A stretch of 16,415 nt of DNA, from contig JANLOX010000168.1 in the NCBI GenBank assembly GCA_031366795.1, positions 1 through 16,415 on the forward strand. Direction: 5' to 3'. This DNA is from Candidatus Eiseniibacteriota bacterium (lineage in GTDB: Bacteria; Eisenbacteria; RBG-16-71-46). The notes beneath the pieces are model-generated. The model searched no databases. It saw only the letters and a list, made by a program, of their open reading frames with translations, and had not been told where the DNA came from. The position numbers and the translations under genes were made by a program. Positions 15,674 through 16,415 of this stretch are shown piece after piece (within the stretch, counting starts at the first letter, position 1; each line of letters opens with the position of its first letter).

Positions 15674-16415
15674 TCAAGGGCCGGCAAGGCGAGGTACGCC
15701 GAGTCGGTCGAAGTGTGAGATAGGCAGCGCGGTTTGAAGTGCGCCGTGTGCGGCCATCGCCCACCAGCGGGTCGCGTGGGCCGCCGCCGCGCGAGCGACG
15801 CGATCCGGAACATTCCGGGTGCGTAGTTCGCGGTGGACGGTAGTGCCTCGCTTCCACTGCTTGAGCTGGACCGCACGCAGCCGGTGGTGGATCCAGTTGT
15901 CGAGTGCACGAAAGATCTTCGGCGTCTCAGCCAGATGGAAGTACAACTTCCAGCCGGTGAGGTAGCTCCGTAGTTCTTCAGCGATCCTCGCCATGCTCCG
16001 TCCACCGGAGCGACTCGTGATGAGGCGCACGCGGGCATTCATCTCCGCGAGGGCTGCCGGTGCGACGCGAGGCCGGATCACTCGCCCCACGGCCACCCAG
16101 AAGCTGTAGCCGAGGAACTTGCGCTCCCACGCTCGCGCCACCGTGCTCTTGGCGTCGTTGACTTGCAACCGGAGTCGCGCGAACAGCCGCTTGAGCGTGA
16201 CCATCGCATCGTCCGCCGCCCGCTGCGACCCGGTGTACACGTTCAGGTCGTCTGCGTAGCGTGCGAACACGAGACCACGCTGCTCCAGTTCCTTGTCCAC
16301 TTCGTCCAACAACACGTTGGCCAGCAGTGGCGACAGCGGGCCGCCTTGCGGCGTGCCCTCATGTCGCTCCACCGTCACGCCGTTGGCCATTACTCCAGCG
16401 ACGAGGTAACGGCGG
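15674..16415 (-). CDS. ltrA: Group II intron reverse transcriptase/maturase (partial, N-terminus outside window)
   Basis: The frame is open to the window edge (RRYLVAGVMANG...). RT4 GTPQGGPLSPLLAN, RT5 RYADD, RT7 FLGYSF, thumb/X domain (L.SYLTGW..YF...LDNWI..RLR...KQWK). Confidence 0.95.
   Translation of the reverse strand, partial: RRYLVAGVMANGVTVERHEGTPQGGPLSPLLANVLLDEVDKELEQRGLVFARYADDLNVYTGSQRAADDAMVTLKRLFARLRLQVNDAKSTVARAWERKFLGYSFWVAVGRVIRPRVAPAALAEMNARVRLITSRSGGRSMARIAEELRSYLTGWKLYFHLAETPKIFRALDNWIHHRLRAVQLKQWKRGTTVHRELRTRNVPDRVARAAAAHATRWWAMAAHGALQTALPISHFDRLGVPRLAGP

Larger units (their letters stand above)
15588..16415 (-). mobile_element. Group II intron, bacterial class C (IIC), 3' portion (5' end outside window)
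   Basis: The RT/maturase ORF has no endonuclease domain and is followed at once by a short domain V with a CGC triad and by domain VI ending ...CCTATCCCGAT (3' end at about 15588). Confidence 0.92.

Noticed and set aside
15674..16415. RT as part of a diversity-generating retroelement, retron or defence RT acting on the repeat proteins
   Set aside because: PQGG/YADD motifs, a maturase X domain and adjacent DV/DVI identify a group II intron. I saw no TR/VR pair with adenine-specific mismatches and no msr-msd.

Overview
GC-rich bacterial window. Several secreted proteins end in FlgD-Ig/T9SS-like C-terminal domains, which suggests an FCB-group organism such as Ca. Eisenbacteria (inference only). 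From left to right: the 3' end of an EamA/DMT transporter; a 160-aa hypothetical protein with a perfect 15-bp tandem repeat (THETP x3) and a C-terminal LDPIVII..DP motif, convergent with a membrane-anchored Ser/Thr kinase-TolB-like-TPR receptor; a pyridoxamine-5'-phosphate-oxidase-family gene coupled to a Rieske/FAD oxidoreductase; an FG-GAP/ASPIC-UnbV (CRTAC1-like) secreted protein; an M43 zinc metalloprotease; a small membrane protein; an HI0933/YhiN-family flavoprotein; a probably truncated or chimeric GH113-like gene; a secreted 8-repeat beta-propeller protein with a Cys-rich insert; a lipoprotein S8 protease with two FN3-like domains; and the 3' part of a class C (IIC) group II intron (RT/maturase plus domains V and VI) on the minus strand. 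The best candidate for an undescribed system is the small DP-motif protein paired with the TPR receptor kinase. All family calls come from motif recognition by eye; no searches were run.
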